A program made the position numbers and the translations under genes. The notes beneath the pieces are model-generated. The model searched no databases and had not been told where the DNA came from. It worked only from the letters and a program-made list of their open reading frames with translations. Shown piece by piece: positions 41,270-54,599 of a DNA stretch of 64,000 nucleotides (position 1 is the first letter of the stretch; every line of letters starts with the position of its first letter). Origin of the DNA: Rhina ancylostomus (Eukaryota). The stretch is from the NCBI GenBank assembly GCA_030265395.1, contig JARFYF010000052.1, positions 89,188,290-89,252,289 on the forward strand, in the 5' to 3' direction.

Positions 41270-43270
41270 TCAGTCAGTTTGACCGAGGTAAGGGGCAACA
41301 CCTGGATGTGGCAGGATCTTGCTAAGATGGTTGATGAACTCCAGAAAGCATTGTATTCTGTAGCAACAATCTGGCCCAATTTGTCCTTTACTGCCTTGAC
41401 TTTGCAGGATCTTACTCCAGACCACCTTCCTTCATTTTGAACTTCAATTTTGGCTTGTTCAATTTCACTAAGTACTCTCAGCTTCTGATCATGGTCGAAA
41501 CTCTGTCTCTTCCACTGTTTCTCCTTCTCCATAAATGAAGATGTTTTATGTTCTGACCTTTACCCCTTGAGACCTTCAAATGCAGAATCCATTCATTGAA
41601 ATTCCTAAGTGCTGTATTGATTCCAAATAGCATTNNNNNNNNNNNNNNNNNNNNNNNNNNNNNNNNNNNNNNNNNNNNNNNNNNNNNNNNNNNNNNNNNN
41701 NNNNNNNNNNNNNNNNNNNNNNNNNNNNNNNNNNTGATTCCAAATAGCATTCTTCTTCAACAGTATCTCCTGAATATTGTATTGAAACAGATTAACTATG
41801 AGCTCCCTTCAAGTTGCTGTCCTGAAGCCTCGTAAAAAGAACTTTTCCCATCTTCATACCATACTGACTTTTTGTCAGAACTACATTAAAGTGGCTTGGA
41901 TCCAGCAAATTTTCAGTTTGCCAGTCGACTTCAACACACAAGCTGGATACCCACGGGGTTGATTTGTCTTACTGCAGCTGCTGTTTCTGCCTTAACCAGT
42001 TCCTCCAACTTGGTTTGAAGTATCTCAACAAGAACCACAGGAAGTCAGATACAGCCATCCTGGTGGACGGATCACAAGTTTCTTCCACTGGATGGTATTT
42101 GCCTTCCAATTTCTCTGTTCCATAAAAGACATTTTCATATTGATCTGTAAATTGTGGGGCTGAAGTGATTGTTTGTATTGAAGCAACTTCATGATCCAAC
42201 TGTGGTATATTTTTGTCATTTCCATCTGTTATATTGCACTGATTCCAAGTATAAATGTGGTATTTTTCCCCATCTTCATAGAACACCACCCAGTCTGCTT
42301 TATGTTGTTTGTGTATTTGTGACTTAGATTTCATTGATTTTAACTGTACTACCTCAAGACTGATGGATGAGGAGGACATCAGGTGCTGCTCCTGAATCAA
42401 GTTGAAATGTTACTGGCTGCCCTTATACCAATGACCACTTGTAATAGGTTTTCCTTCGAGAGAATTTGCCTTGTTTAGCACCAGGCAGTTGGGTTTAAGA
42501 GTCACTCTGAATCTGATTTGTCTCTGTCCATGCATTGCTCATCTTTGCTACTGCAAGAATATTTTTGATATCTTCTTCCTCATGCATCTGTGGGAATGAT
42601 TTTCCAATTCACATTGTGGAAACTTTTCCCCATATCAGGGCAATTCTTTGTCAGCTGCTCATATCGCCATGCACAATACTTGCAACTTTTAAGCTGCCTT
42701 AGTTGCACAGTCCCTGTTATGTCTTTTGACTCAGACTTCACCCCCTGGACCTTCATTAGATCAACCAACATTTCTAGTCTGGCTTTTGATATGTTTGGAG
42801 CTTTACATGTCAATAAACACTTTTGTAGTGTTAACTTTGACTCATGTATTAGCCATTCCCTCAGGCTGGGTTCCCTAATTTCACCAACAATCTGATCTCT
42901 GATGTACAAGTCCTTCAAATCTGAGAGACTGCAGTTATCTGCTAATAGTTTTAGCTACATTAAAATATCAAACGATTCTCCCTGCTCCTGACTGCAAGGA
43001 AAGAATGAGTAATGGCCAATTGTTTCATTTCTCGATGGGCTGCAATGTGTTTTAATGCATCTTTGTGTTCTCCAGAGCCTCAGTTCAGGCTCAATTCTCA
43101 ACCCTTGTGACCAATGAGATAGAATAACATCTTTGCTTTTGCTTGCTCCAATTTATCTGCCAGTGCCAGCTCAAAACATAGTTTAAACTCTTCCTTCCAG
43201 TTTCCCAATTCTTCAGACAAATTCTTTTGTGGAGAGATCTAGTGGCTTTGGATGCTTTTGTTCCATCATG
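41270..43270 (-). mobile_element. Ty3/Gypsy LTR retrotransposon gag-pol relic
   Basis: Gag-like IRDQIVGEIREPSLREWLIHESKLTLQKC with a degenerate zinc knuckle CKYC...KNCP. Protease motif FQLDSGA at ~42387-42407. RT-start-like PTPWVSS and KSTGKLKIC at ~41900-41960. Many stops and frameshifts. Confidence 0.8.
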
Positions 43271-45169
43271 TGCTATCTCTATTGAATCTCACAGTTAACT
43301 CTCTGCACACAACCATCACATCTCTCTCTCTCTCTCTGTAGTGCTGAAAATGCTGGAATTGATCGGGGTGGAAGTGTTATCAGGACACTTAGAAAATAAT
43401 AGAGTAAAACTCTGATAATCAAGATCCTTGGGATTTCTGTGATGCCAGTCTTACAGACTTTTCTGACTACTGAATTTTACTCCTAGGAATACCCTGGCAA
43501 ACTTTCAGGCAGTGGAAAATAATCAGTCACCTACACAAATTAGTAATTAAGTTAGTAAATAATAGCTTGCAGAGCTAAGNNNNNNNNNNNNNNNNNNNNN
43601 NNNNNNNNNNNNNNNNNNNNNNNNNNNNNNNNNNNNNNNNNNNNNNNNNNNNNNNNNNNNNNNNNNNNNNNNNNNNNNNNNNNNNNNNNNNNNNNNNNNN
43701 NNNNNNNNNNNNNNNNNNNNNNNNNNNNNNNNNNNNNNNNNNNNNNNNNNNNNNNNNNNNNNNNNNNNNNNNNNNNNNNNNNNNNNNNNNNNNNNNNNNN
43801 NNNNNNNNNNNNNNNNNNNNNNNNNNNNNNNNNNNNNNNNNNNNNNNNNNNNNNNNNNNNNNNNNNNNNNNNNNNNNNNNNNNNNNNNNNNNNNNNNNNN
43901 NNNNNNNNNNNNNNNNNNNNNNNNNNNNNNNNNNNNNNNNNNNNNNNNNNNNNNNNNNNNNNNNNNNNNNNNNNNNNNNNNNNNNNNNNNNNNNNNNNNN
44001 NNNNNNNNNNNNNNNNNNNNNNNNNNNNNNNNNNNNNNNNNNNNNNNNNNNNNNNNNNNNNNNNNNNNNNNNNNNNNNNNNNNNNNNNNNNNNNNNNNNN
44101 NNNNNNNNNNNNNNNNNNNNNNNNNNNNNNNNNNNNNNNNNNNNNNNNNNNNNNNNNNNNNNNNNNNNNNNNNNNNNNNNNNNNNNNNNNNNNNNNNNNN
44201 NNNNNNNNNNNNNNNNNNNNNNNNNNNNNNNNNNNNNNNNNNNNNNNNNNNNNNNNNNNNNNNNNNNNNNNNNNNNNNNNNNNNNNNNNNNNNNNNNNNN
44301 NNNNNNNNNNNNNNNNNNNNNNNNNNNNNNNNNNNNNNNNNNNNNNNNNNNNNNNNNNNNNNNNNNNNNNNNNNNNNNNNNNNNNNNNNNNNNNNNNNNN
44401 NNNNNNNNNNNNNNNNNNNNNNNNNNNNNNNNNNNNNNNNNNNNNNNNNNNNNNNNNNNNNNNNNNTATAAAGGCCACTGTTAAATCTTCCACTTCATGC
44501 GGTGCAATCTACCACAGCTCCTCTTGTGACTTTGCTGTGGTGCTCAGGGTACATTAAGGATTCTATATCAGCAAAGGTGTGACCAGAGATCCTTTAAGAA
44601 TTTAATGTGTTTTGGTCTCTTGCCCTTGAGTTGCCGGAGATGGAGCTATCAGTAGTTCTCCAAAGGGATGTCAATAATGAGAACACACTGTGCGGTGGGG
44701 ATCAGTTTCCCAGAGGGATCTGCACAAGTCAGTGCTCCGCTGATTGGTTTGAAAACTGTATTCAAGGCAGAGATTCAACCTTTAACTGGATCAATCATTG
44801 CCTGTTATGTTTACAGCCAGTACTAACTCAAACAATTACTTCAAGTAAATCTCTTGATCCACCTTATTAGGAATCTCCTATAGGTATAAATATGCCCCTG
44901 GAGCTGATTAGCAAGCCAATTGATTAAAAAGATAAATAATGTGAAGCAATACTCATTCCTTGGTAAAGGAATTCTCTTAGCCAAAGTACTTGCATTGCAG
45001 AGTAATTTTAAGAGTAAGAAAAATCTGCTTGTTGGCATATACCACAAATTGTTTAAGCAGCAAGGGCATGATAACACAAAGTCCAATCCTGAGATCTCCA
45101 CACTGGTCTTGTGCAGTCCTCTGTGATGACCTGAACAATTTGCCCTCCAGCAAAACAGCAGTATTCCAT

Positions 45170-45490
45170 GGTGATACAAGAGACAGCAGACGCTGGAATC
45201 TTGAGCTAAAACCAAACTGCTGGAGGAACTCAGCTGGTCAAGCAACATCTGTGGAGGAAGGGGGTGGTTGACATTTTGGCTCAAGACCCTGCATTAGAAC
45301 TGAGAATGTAGAGGGAGATAACCAGTATATAGAGGTGAGAGGGAGTGGAGATGCAGGGGCTGGCAGGTGATAGGTGAAACTAGGTAAGGANNNNNNNNNN
45401 NNNNNNNCAGGTGGGGACGGGGGAAGGGGGAAGGGTGGAACTGGGAGTCGGCACCTGATGGGTGATAGATAGAGATAGATAAGCAGAGAA
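45170..45490 (-). mobile_element. Penelope-type terminal repeat fragment
   Basis: cagcagacgctggaatcttgagc...ctgctggaggaactcagctggtcaagcaacatctgtggagg, same family as 54896-55060. Confidence 0.7.
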
Positions 45491-47319
45491 AAAAAGGAAC
45501 ATCAGAGGTCTGTTATAACTGAAGGAAATATTGGCCATCTCACTTTGGCCAACACCTCTTGCCCACTGACAATAAATGGCTACAGTGTAGTGGGCTGCCA
45601 ATTTATGCCACCCTGATATACTTGCCAAGTTGTGTTCAGAGAAAATGGAGAAAGAGGCATAAAAATTTCCAGGTTATTAAATCATCCTCAATTCATGTCC
45701 AAAGTGGCCTTTCCTCTTATGGTATGTCACACGATTCTCATGAACTGGCACTTGCTGTCCCTGATGCCAACCTTTCTCCTTGCCCTCCTCAGGTTCGCCC
45801 TCTTCCTCTTTTGTCTCATCTTGGTGAGATTCCTCAGTCATAGCTGAATTTCCCCACTGGCACAGCCCAGGCTACAGCAGAAAGCCTATGTGTATAATGG
45901 TGCACCCCCAGAATGCTGCAGACAATGGAACCTCACCTTGAGGCTGATGGGAACCTCGATTAAGGTCCTGGTAACTCAGTGGCTTTCCCTGCAGCCAAGC
46001 TCAACTGGAAATGATGGAGACACCCTGGAGTCAGAGATCATATAAGAGTGGACAGCCCTTGGGGCAGTGCTAGTCCCAAAAGATGTCTGGCAAAGTAAAT
46101 TCCCTCAGAATAACTGAGTCAAGTGAGCTTATCAGATATCTGATGTCAGTTATGAGAAAATTCTGCTAATTGTCAACGCAGACTGAATGAATAGAAGTCC
46201 TGTGATTCATGAAGAGCTCCAGATTCTGAAGGGGAGTTTAAAGTTCCACATTTGTGCAGCCTATCAAGGTTCAAACTCTGGGGAAATCTGCAATTCTGGC
46301 AAATTGTGGCCTCATTTTCCTCAGTGGAGGAAAAGTAGAGTAAGTACCTTCCCCCAGAGAATGAAGCATTAATAATTTTGCTAATGTTGCGTGGGATGTA
46401 GCATCGATCAACCATGGAATAATCCTGAGTCCCCTTAAAACTGAATGTGGCAGTTCACTTGACCTCTGTGGGTACAGCAGTTCAGGTAGTTATGCAGGGT
46501 CAGTGGTTTGTCCACAGAATGTCACACAAGGGTGTGACAATTGTCCCAGAAAGCCTGAGCCTGCAAAAAATTGCTCCTCGGTTTGGTCAAGATCGGAGTG
46601 TATGTTCTGCTAAAGACTGTTGGAATAGGGTTTTCAAAAAGAGGTATTTCAGTGCCTCCTCCCACAGGGTCTTCAGCTTTACCTGTGGCACCTGGGACAC
46701 AAACTCCACAGCCAGTGGGAGCACCATGAAGTCACTGATTTGTAATGTAGTGTCCAAGTGCTAAATTATTATTGGAGATCGGTAGAAGTGTCTGTGTTCA
46801 ATAAGAGCAATTTTTAGCTTCAGCAATGCAGCTTGCTCCATAGAAAACAGCAGATGGTTAATCTTTCACTATGGTGAGGTGGTGTGATGGTAACCTGGGT
46901 GGCTTGTGATGGCATAACAACAGTCATGATCCAACACAAACTAATTCTTACTGGAAATGCTCTAAAATGGCATTGCACAAAAATTGATCTGATTCTGTTT
47001 TCATTTGACTTGAAAATATGTCTGATGAGTAAGTGCATGTTGCAACTATATGTCCAGAAATTGTTATATTTCACTTCCACTCCAGAATAAATAAATTTTC
47101 ACTCACACTGTGTAAAACAAAAGTACTATGCAAATGAATTTGTAGATTAAAACATATTTTCATTAGACATCCTGAACTTTTGTCCTCCTTCATCACCTCC
47201 AATTTTCCCATCCATTTAATGTTCAATTCTACTCTCCCATCACAAGCATGTTTGTTGCATGCATTCAACTGTGTACCTGACACTAGGCAAATATATAGCC
47301 TTAAAAAACTGGGGGTAGG

Positions 47320-47540
47320 AATAGGAATCCAGGGCACAAGCAAGCCATTTGGTCCAACTAGTCTGTCGTGCTGCTTTGTGCCCCACACAAACCTCCACTC
47401 ATCCAATTTCATCTAAACCTATCTGCATATTTCTTCTATTACCTTCTTCCTCATGCACTTATGCAGCATCTCTTAAACATGACCTATGCTATTCATTTCA
47501 ACCACTCTGTGTGGTACCAAGTTCCATACTGTTACAAAGC
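47320..47540 (-). mobile_element. CR1/L2 LINE 3' tail fragment
   Basis: caagccatttggtccaactagtctg and tcatttcaaccactctgtgtggtaccaagttcca. Confidence 0.45.
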
Positions 47541-48227
47541 TTAATACAGACAGCAACAGCAAAGCAATGAGAAAGAAGTGGGCAGATCTATTAGTTTGCC
47601 ATAAATAGGATGGGGCTTACTTGCAACAAAACATTCCTTTGGTTTGTAAATATTTGTTGCCAATGCATCTGAGTATTTTCGTAATATGGAAACAATGTTT
47701 TGAACATATTGGAATTTGCAGAATGTGGTAAATTTAATGATGCCTTGTAAAAATATCAAATCTTGCCTACTGGAAGTGCAATTTAGAGAAATAATGGGCT
47801 CAATTGGCATGCTTGTCATCCCTTACTTTTACTATTCAATATCAGCATGGGACTGCTTCTTTTAATAAGTTCTTTTGAATCTGGAGCCTGGAAATTACAA
47901 TGTATTGTATAAGATAAAGTGACATTGCCCATTAGCTTTAAAGTTTCAGGTTGGGGAATGGTTATCTTCTCTCTTCATTGCATGATTAAGATGTACAACA
48001 TAATGTACTGGAGTTACACTGTTTGATTAGAAGGATTCCTTTGTGAGTCTGCATTGTACTGTAGCTGCCAGCAAACTTGTCCTGCTCCAAATCTTTACTA
48101 ATTCATTTCCTGGACATGGGTGTCACTGGCAAAACAAGCAATTATTGGCCTCACTCATTTGCTCCTGATGGAGAACGTCCATCTTGAATTGCTGAAATCT
48201 GTGTGCAGAAGGTACCCTTGGTGATGG

Positions 48228-48670
48228 TAGAACATAAGAAATTGAAGCAGGAGTTGGCCATTCAACCACTTCTGCCTGCTCTGCTATTCAAAGGTGATCT
48301 CTTATCTCAGCACCACTTTCCTGCACTTACGCAACACCTTTTGATTCCATTACTATTTAAACATTTGTCATTCTCAAAATTGAACATCTTGAGGGTGTGA
48401 ATCACCACAATATTCTTGTGTAGAAAATTTGTCTATCTTTATATTGAAACATAACAGGGTCCAAACCACCACAATCTTCTTGTGAAGAAAATTCCAAATA
48501 CTCTGTACTCTCTCTGAGTGAAGAATTTGTTTCTCCTCTGTCCTGAATAGCCAACCCTTTATTTTAAGACTGCAACACCCAGTTTTAGACATCTCGGCCA
48601 GGGTAAACATTAGCCTACATCTAACCTGTTAATCCCTGAAAATAAGGTATGTTTCAATGACGTAATCTAA
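48228..48670 (-). mobile_element. CR1/L2 LINE 3' fragment
   Basis: agaacataagaaatt tail; SLKIKGWLFRTE...IWNFL. Confidence 0.75.
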
Positions 48671-48779
48671 TCTAGTGAAGAAGAAAGGAAGGCAACAGAT
48701 TTCCAAGTCAGTATATACAGTATTTTGACCTGGAGAGGAATTTTTAGGTGCTGGTGGCTAAATCCATTTGTTGCCTTTG

Positions 48780-50090
48780 TGGCATAATAAAGATTGTAAA
48801 TATGGGGAATGCTGTCAGTGAAACCTTAGTGACTTATGGCAGTCTATTCTGCAGATGGGACACACTACAGCCTTGGTGTGTTGATAATGGAATGAGTAAA
48901 TGGTGAATGTGATGGATGTGGTGCCAATCAAGCAGGCTGCTTTGAATGAGATGCTGACAAGCTTCTCAATTATTATTACACCCCCTGGTCTCATCTTGAC
49001 AGGTGGAGAGAATTCCATCAAACATTTAATCTTACCTTTTAAAGACAGAACAATTAGGAGTTGAGACTCTGACCTGTCTGCTGTAGTTGCAGTATTTGTG
49101 TGTCTGGTCCAGTTACATTTCTGGTCCAGAATTTACATCAATGGTGATCCTCAAGATACTGCTGAATGAAGACTAAGTGATAATAATCCTGTTGTTTGAG
49201 AATTGGAGGATTTGGAGATGATCATTGTCTATCACTTGCATGATGCCAGAGTTAGTTGCCACTTATTAGCCCATGTCTGAATGTTGTCCAGGCCAAACTG
49301 GACATTTCATTATTTGAAGAGTTACAAATAAAACTGAAATGTTATCATCAGTGTACATCCCCAACTCTGACTTTATGACAGAGGGAAGGTTATTTATGAA
49401 GCAGCTGAAGATGACTGGGTCCAGAACACCATTCCAAGGAACTCCTGAAGCTATGTCCTGGTGATATGATTAAACTCAATCACATACATCTTAGCTTGAG
49501 CTTCTGTAGGACCTCAGCTGGTGGAGTTTTCCCTTTATCCTGAGGTTTACAGATTTTTTCAGAGCTCCCTAATTCTATATTCAGTCAAATTCCGCCTTGA
49601 CATTAACAGCAGTTACTCTTTCACTTCTATCCATGGTGTTTTCAAGGTTGTAATGAGGCTTTCAGTTGGGTAGTCTTGATAAAAAACCCATACTCAGCAT
49701 CAGTGAGAAGGTTATTGCTGGTAACTGACAAGATGGAAGGGTTGGGAGTTTATCAGATTGCTTTTTTTGAACGGGTCATTCTGGGCAACTCTCCACATTG
49801 CTGTACACTTTCCAGCACTGGGACTGTATTAGAATGGTGTGCTGGAGGTGTGATTTGTTCTGGAGCGCAGGTCATTGGTACTGCAGTGGGGATGCTGCTG
49901 ATCCCAAGGCCTTTGATGCATCCAAATCTCTCAACTGTCTGTTGATATTATGTGGAGCTGAAGAGTTTTTCTATGATGATGGAAACCGAAAGAACTGGCA
50001 GAACTGGCTCATCCAATCAGCACCACCTGCTTAAGGCAGCTGTAAATGCTTCAGCCTATTCTTTAGCATTTGTGATCTTTGCCACAACAA
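48780..50090 (-). mobile_element. Decayed LINE RT (CR1/L2 clade, a different family)
   Basis: Minus strand ~49341-49445 translates GVPWNGVLDPVIFSCFINNLPSVIKSELGMYTDDN, a decayed GVPQGS...YADD RT core. Confidence 0.8.
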
Positions 50091-50619
50091 AGCATCAGCA
50101 CTATGAGCGATTGTGATGGGACATTGGGTTATAGCTATGATTCCATGAGTGTGACCGTATCAGACTGTTAATTAATAACTCCCTGAAGTAAGGTGGACTA
50201 TGCAGAGTAAACTGGGCTGGGTGTGACTTTACATCCGAATATGTCTGACACTGGGTTGTCCAGGTAATTTTATTCCTCTTACATTTTGCCATGGCAATTT
50301 AGTATAACGGCTCAACTTCACTGTAATAAGTCACCGGCAATAACTCATGTTCTGCGCTAAAAAGAAAGTCAGAATAATCATAATAACATTATTCTCATTG
50401 ATTGAAACTTCAGACCCACTGCTAGGATATCCGCATTTCTCAGCAAGAGGTCCAGTGTCCAATACAGAGATGGGCTTTGGACAGAGGCTGCCAATTTCCT
50501 GCCTGATACCTGCTTTGCTGGCTGTCCCTCTACAGCACCTGTGTCCAAAGGGACCCACCAACTCCCAGGGACTTCCCAACTCTGTTGTGAAATCTGAGCT
50601 TAAACCAGTCATCACATCA

Positions 50620-50955
50620 TACACCATAGGAATAGGCTCTTCAGCCTGCAGTGATTATCAAGCACTCATTTACACTAATCCCACACTAATCCCATTTTTA
50701 TTCTTTTCACACTTCCATCAACAACTGCAAATTCTATTACTCAAGTACACACTTGGGTTAATTCATAGTGGCCACTCAGCTTACTAGCCTGCATGTCTGT
50801 GGGATGTAGAAGGAAAGCAAAGCACTGAAATGAAACACAGATGCCACAGGGAGAGCATGCAAACTCCACACGGACAACACCAGAGGTCGGGATTGAACCT
50901 AGGAGCACTGGCGCTATGAGACAGCAGCTCCACTAGTTACACCTCTGTGTCACTC
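50620..50955 (-). mobile_element. SINE (reverse orientation)
   Basis: cacagggagagcatgcaaactccacacggacaacaccagaggtcgggattgaacc is the reverse complement of the SINE head and B-box. Confidence 0.7.
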
Positions 50956-53099
50956 CGGGAGAAATCAGCTGCTTGGGTAACATTGGTGTAACAGTTTTTT
51001 ATTTAATATTGTTAAATTTCTCTCATTGTGTGTGCATGTACTCATGTAACATAAACGTTAATAAATTTTCTTTAATTATTATCTTTACCTTTTGGCAAGT
51101 CCTGAGTGATCCTGAGTGTTTGTAAATGTCAAACACATTTACAACAATTCAATAGCAGTGACAGATTTTTGACAGCCAGTGAACCTGTGGGACGGGCCAT
51201 CAATGGCTATTAACAAGGCTCAGTGAGTGCAGTTGGCTTTTTGCCCTGAGACTCCCTTATGCTGCAGAAATGCTGCCAGGCCAAAGAGCTGGAGGTGGGT
51301 TCCCAGTGTGCACAGGGCTTTGCTGGAAGAAAGGCACAGTTCAAGGACAGGTGGCCACCTTCTAGGACAGCAGAAGATCTGCCTCCATGCTTCAAATTGT
51401 GGGTCAAGTCAGTGGGAGGGGATGTACTCAAGTGAAGTTTCACCATGTGGTGCCAGAATGCCAGCAAACACTTTGGGCACATTTGAAGATCACATCAAGA
51501 GCCAATATTTCATAGTGCATCTGCTCATTGCACTCAAAGCCTGGAAGTCAGCTCTTGGCATCAAAGGTGTGGAGATAATGCTGTTAGCTTGTTAGTGAAA
51601 ATTGGGTATTGCCACCAATTGCAGAATAAACAACTTTATTTCTGGTTAAAGAAGATAAGAACATTAATGACACACCACCATATCACTGTAAAATCACATT
51701 AGAATCTGTTCCAGGGGTTTCCAGCCCTTTTGTGAGTGTTTGAGCCCTCAAAAGTGTTGCAGGCACCATGTGCTACTGTTTCATGCTTATATGCTTCTAC
51801 CTGAGAATATGGAAAACTAATTACCATAACAATAAAGAAATAATCCTAGGCACCTCAGTATAATTTGAAATGCACAAACCTTAGTAAATATTAATTTAAG
51901 AATGCTGTGCTGATGGACTTAATAATTTAACCCTAAGGCACATGTGAAATAAAAAGCTGCAAGGCTGCAGGGAAAGAGGGGAATGCAACTGCTGTATAAA
52001 GGGACACCCTCTGTCGAAAGGCCACCCTCCAAGCTGCCACAATTCTCTACTTCTAGGAGGCCAAGCAGCTCACCACATTGATCGTCACTCCTTTCCTGTT
52101 GCAAATTCCTCAGTTTGGGTCCCTTTGTTAATGATCCCGTTAAACAGCCATGCCTCATTCACTCTGTGGGCCCCAGCATTAATCCCAGAACTAGCAGCAC
52201 TTAATTGGGTAACTTGATCACTGTCACGTTACTGCATTTGGGATCGTGTCATGCCTAAAAGGATAGATGAGAATTATCTTAGAAAATTACCGGCACGGCC
52301 AAATCCAACACTGCCCCCTACATACTCCACCACACCCCTAACCAAAGCCAGCACCCTCACACTTCAGCTTCCAATCCATCCCTTTCCCTTGCTGCAGAAG
52401 CGCCTGACCCTGGGTAAAGAAAGAGTGGGGGAGCCAGTCTGGGTTGGGAGGTTGGCATTTGTGGTAAGGCTTCCCTTGCTAACGCTCCACTCCACTACTG
52501 TTAGAGACAGAATCCAGGTCTGAGTAACAATGGTCTGTGGAACCATCACCCTCCTATGCACTCTATTGGCTACTGAATTAAGGGTCAGACTTTTCATTGG
52601 TCAGAATATCTTTCCTACAGACCCTTCATGACATCCTTAAGGAGCCCATGAACCACAAGTTTGAAACCATGGGTCCAATTAACTCAACTGTCAGACGTGA
52701 TAGAGTTTAATTGTTTTGCCCTGCACCACCCTGTTTTTTTTTACCTCTGCTTAATCCACAAATTCGAACTTGAACTTTCTGCCCCATCATTTTCATTCAC
52801 CACTCCTTTCCCACTCAGACTTCTCTGTCCTTGGCCTCCCAGCTTATCTTCTACTGGGCTGATTACAATCATTAGTACTCAACACTAGTTTCTGAAAATG
52901 ATCTGGGAACTACCATCTATAATTCCTTCAGACGCATGGTTTGCTCTTCGTTTTTCATCACCACTTTTTTCTGCCTCGCCATATCATCCCTTGTTCACAT
53001 TTAATCATTCTTGCCTTCGACTCTATAAAGGACTCTTTTATTCTTTACTCTTCTCCCATTGGGTTTTGCTTCTTAATATTTGTTTTACCTCTAATTTTT

Positions 53100-53200
53100 T
53101 TGAATTCTGATGATAGGTCATTGACCTGAAACATCAGCTGTTCTCTCTCAGCACATGGCCTGACCTTCTGCGTACTTCTAGTAATTTCAGTTTTTTGATT
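53100..53200 (+). ncRNA. Hammerhead-ribozyme-like motif within a Penelope-type terminal repeat
   Basis: CTGATGA-t-AGGTCA-t-TGACCT-GAAA-ca-TC at 53107-53135: both conserved core segments, a perfect stem II and a UH site. Stem I is decayed. Confidence 0.5.
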
Positions 53201-53203
53201 AAG

Positions 53204-53468
53204 TTAAGGTAAGATTTCTTTATTAGTTACACGTACATTGAAACACACAGTGAAATGCATCTTTGCGTAGAGTGTTCTGAGGGCAGCCCACAGTGTTGCC
53301 ACACTTCCAGCGCCAACATAGCATGCCCACAACATCCTAACCCGTATGTTTTTGGAATGTGGGAGGAAACCGGAGCACCCGGAGGAAACCCACGCAGATG
53401 CAGGGAGAACATACAAACTCCTTACAGACAGCGGCCAGAATCGATCGCTTAATGGTGAACCGCTACAC
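53204..53468 (-). mobile_element. tRNA-derived V-SINE-like SINE (young copy)
   Basis: Reverse complement of the 376-653 SINE: tttggaatgtgggaggaaaccggagcacccggaggaaacccacgcag. CpGs are retained. Confidence 0.85.
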
Positions 53469-54191
53469 TACCCTACCAGTTTGCATGACGCTTACCACTA
53501 TAACAAACTAAATGTATTCATAACGGCATGTTTGTGGAATATTTCTTTAGGTGAATATTTGTTGGCAAAATTATAACCATATGAGGAGGATATCTTAAAC
53601 TCAATTCTTCTAATGAAATTGCAAAAGAATTTAAAACACCTTTTGGATTCCCTTTCTTAATCATTTTATGGGTTATGGACATTGCCAGCATGTCCATTTA
53701 TTGTCCGTCTCTAAATGTCCTTGATAAGCTGGTGGGGAACCACTTTCTGCAGGACAGTGACGAATAAAGAACACTGATGGGTTCCCAGCTCAGAATGGAG
53801 CAAGGCTTGAAAGGGAACTGGCAGGGAATGCTACTCCCATGTGCCAGTTGTTCTTGACGCGCTTGTCAAATTCTTCTTTCTGTGTATCCCAGACAACCAG
53901 TGCGCGACAGGTAAAGTAAATCTCCCCCATATTTAATTATCTTTATTTTAGTTGGGGAGGAGACAAACTGCAAATGGAAAAAAAACAGTTTACTGAACAG
54001 ATTTCATGAAGCCAACTTTGGAGTGAGGTACTCAAGACAGTGGGTTTTGGATATCTACATTCATCAGAAAACAACCTCTTACTTGAGGTACATAAATAAG
54101 ATTGTGCCATTAGCTTAAGCTCTGTTAGCAAGATCTAGTTCCATGGTTCCTCTTGAGCAATGCCAATTCTAATTGTACATCCCATTTATTA

Positions 54192-54272
54192 CCCCCAGAA
54201 CACTCTACGCAAAAGATGCATTTCACTGTGTGTTTTGATGTACACATGACTAATAAAGAAATCTTATCTTAC
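54192..54272 (+). mobile_element. 5'-truncated 3' end of the same SINE family
   Basis: ccccagaacactctacgcaaaagatgcatttcactgtgtgttttgatgtacacatgactaataaagaaatcttatctta. Confidence 0.8.
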
Positions 54273-54599
54273 CTCATAAAATCCTTAGGTCTAAAAATTC
54301 TTCTGCTCCAAGGTAGGTGGAAGCATCTTACAATGGTGGGTGGGACACTAGCACTGTTTCCTAAAATGCCAGTGTGGTTACAATCTTCAAAAGTGATCAG
54401 CATTAAAGAGTTCAGTCAGGTTTCCCTGTGAAATAGTGTGGTATTTCTGGATCAGTGGACATTTCTGAAATCATCTATGGCAGCAACAAGCAGCAGCCCA
54501 CATTTAGCCACACAGCTCAGCCTCAGGAGCCAACCCCTAAAGGACTACTGCTGCAACTTGCAAAAATTGATGTGGAGAATAGTTGACAGAGGTCAGAGG

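Noticed and set aside
45500-46790. Possibly transposon-derived segment
   Set aside because: I could not identify a diagnostic motif or terminus, so it is left unannotated.
50347-50787. 146-aa plus-strand ORF
   Set aside because: No recognisable domain, it runs into a reverse SINE, and it has no splice support.
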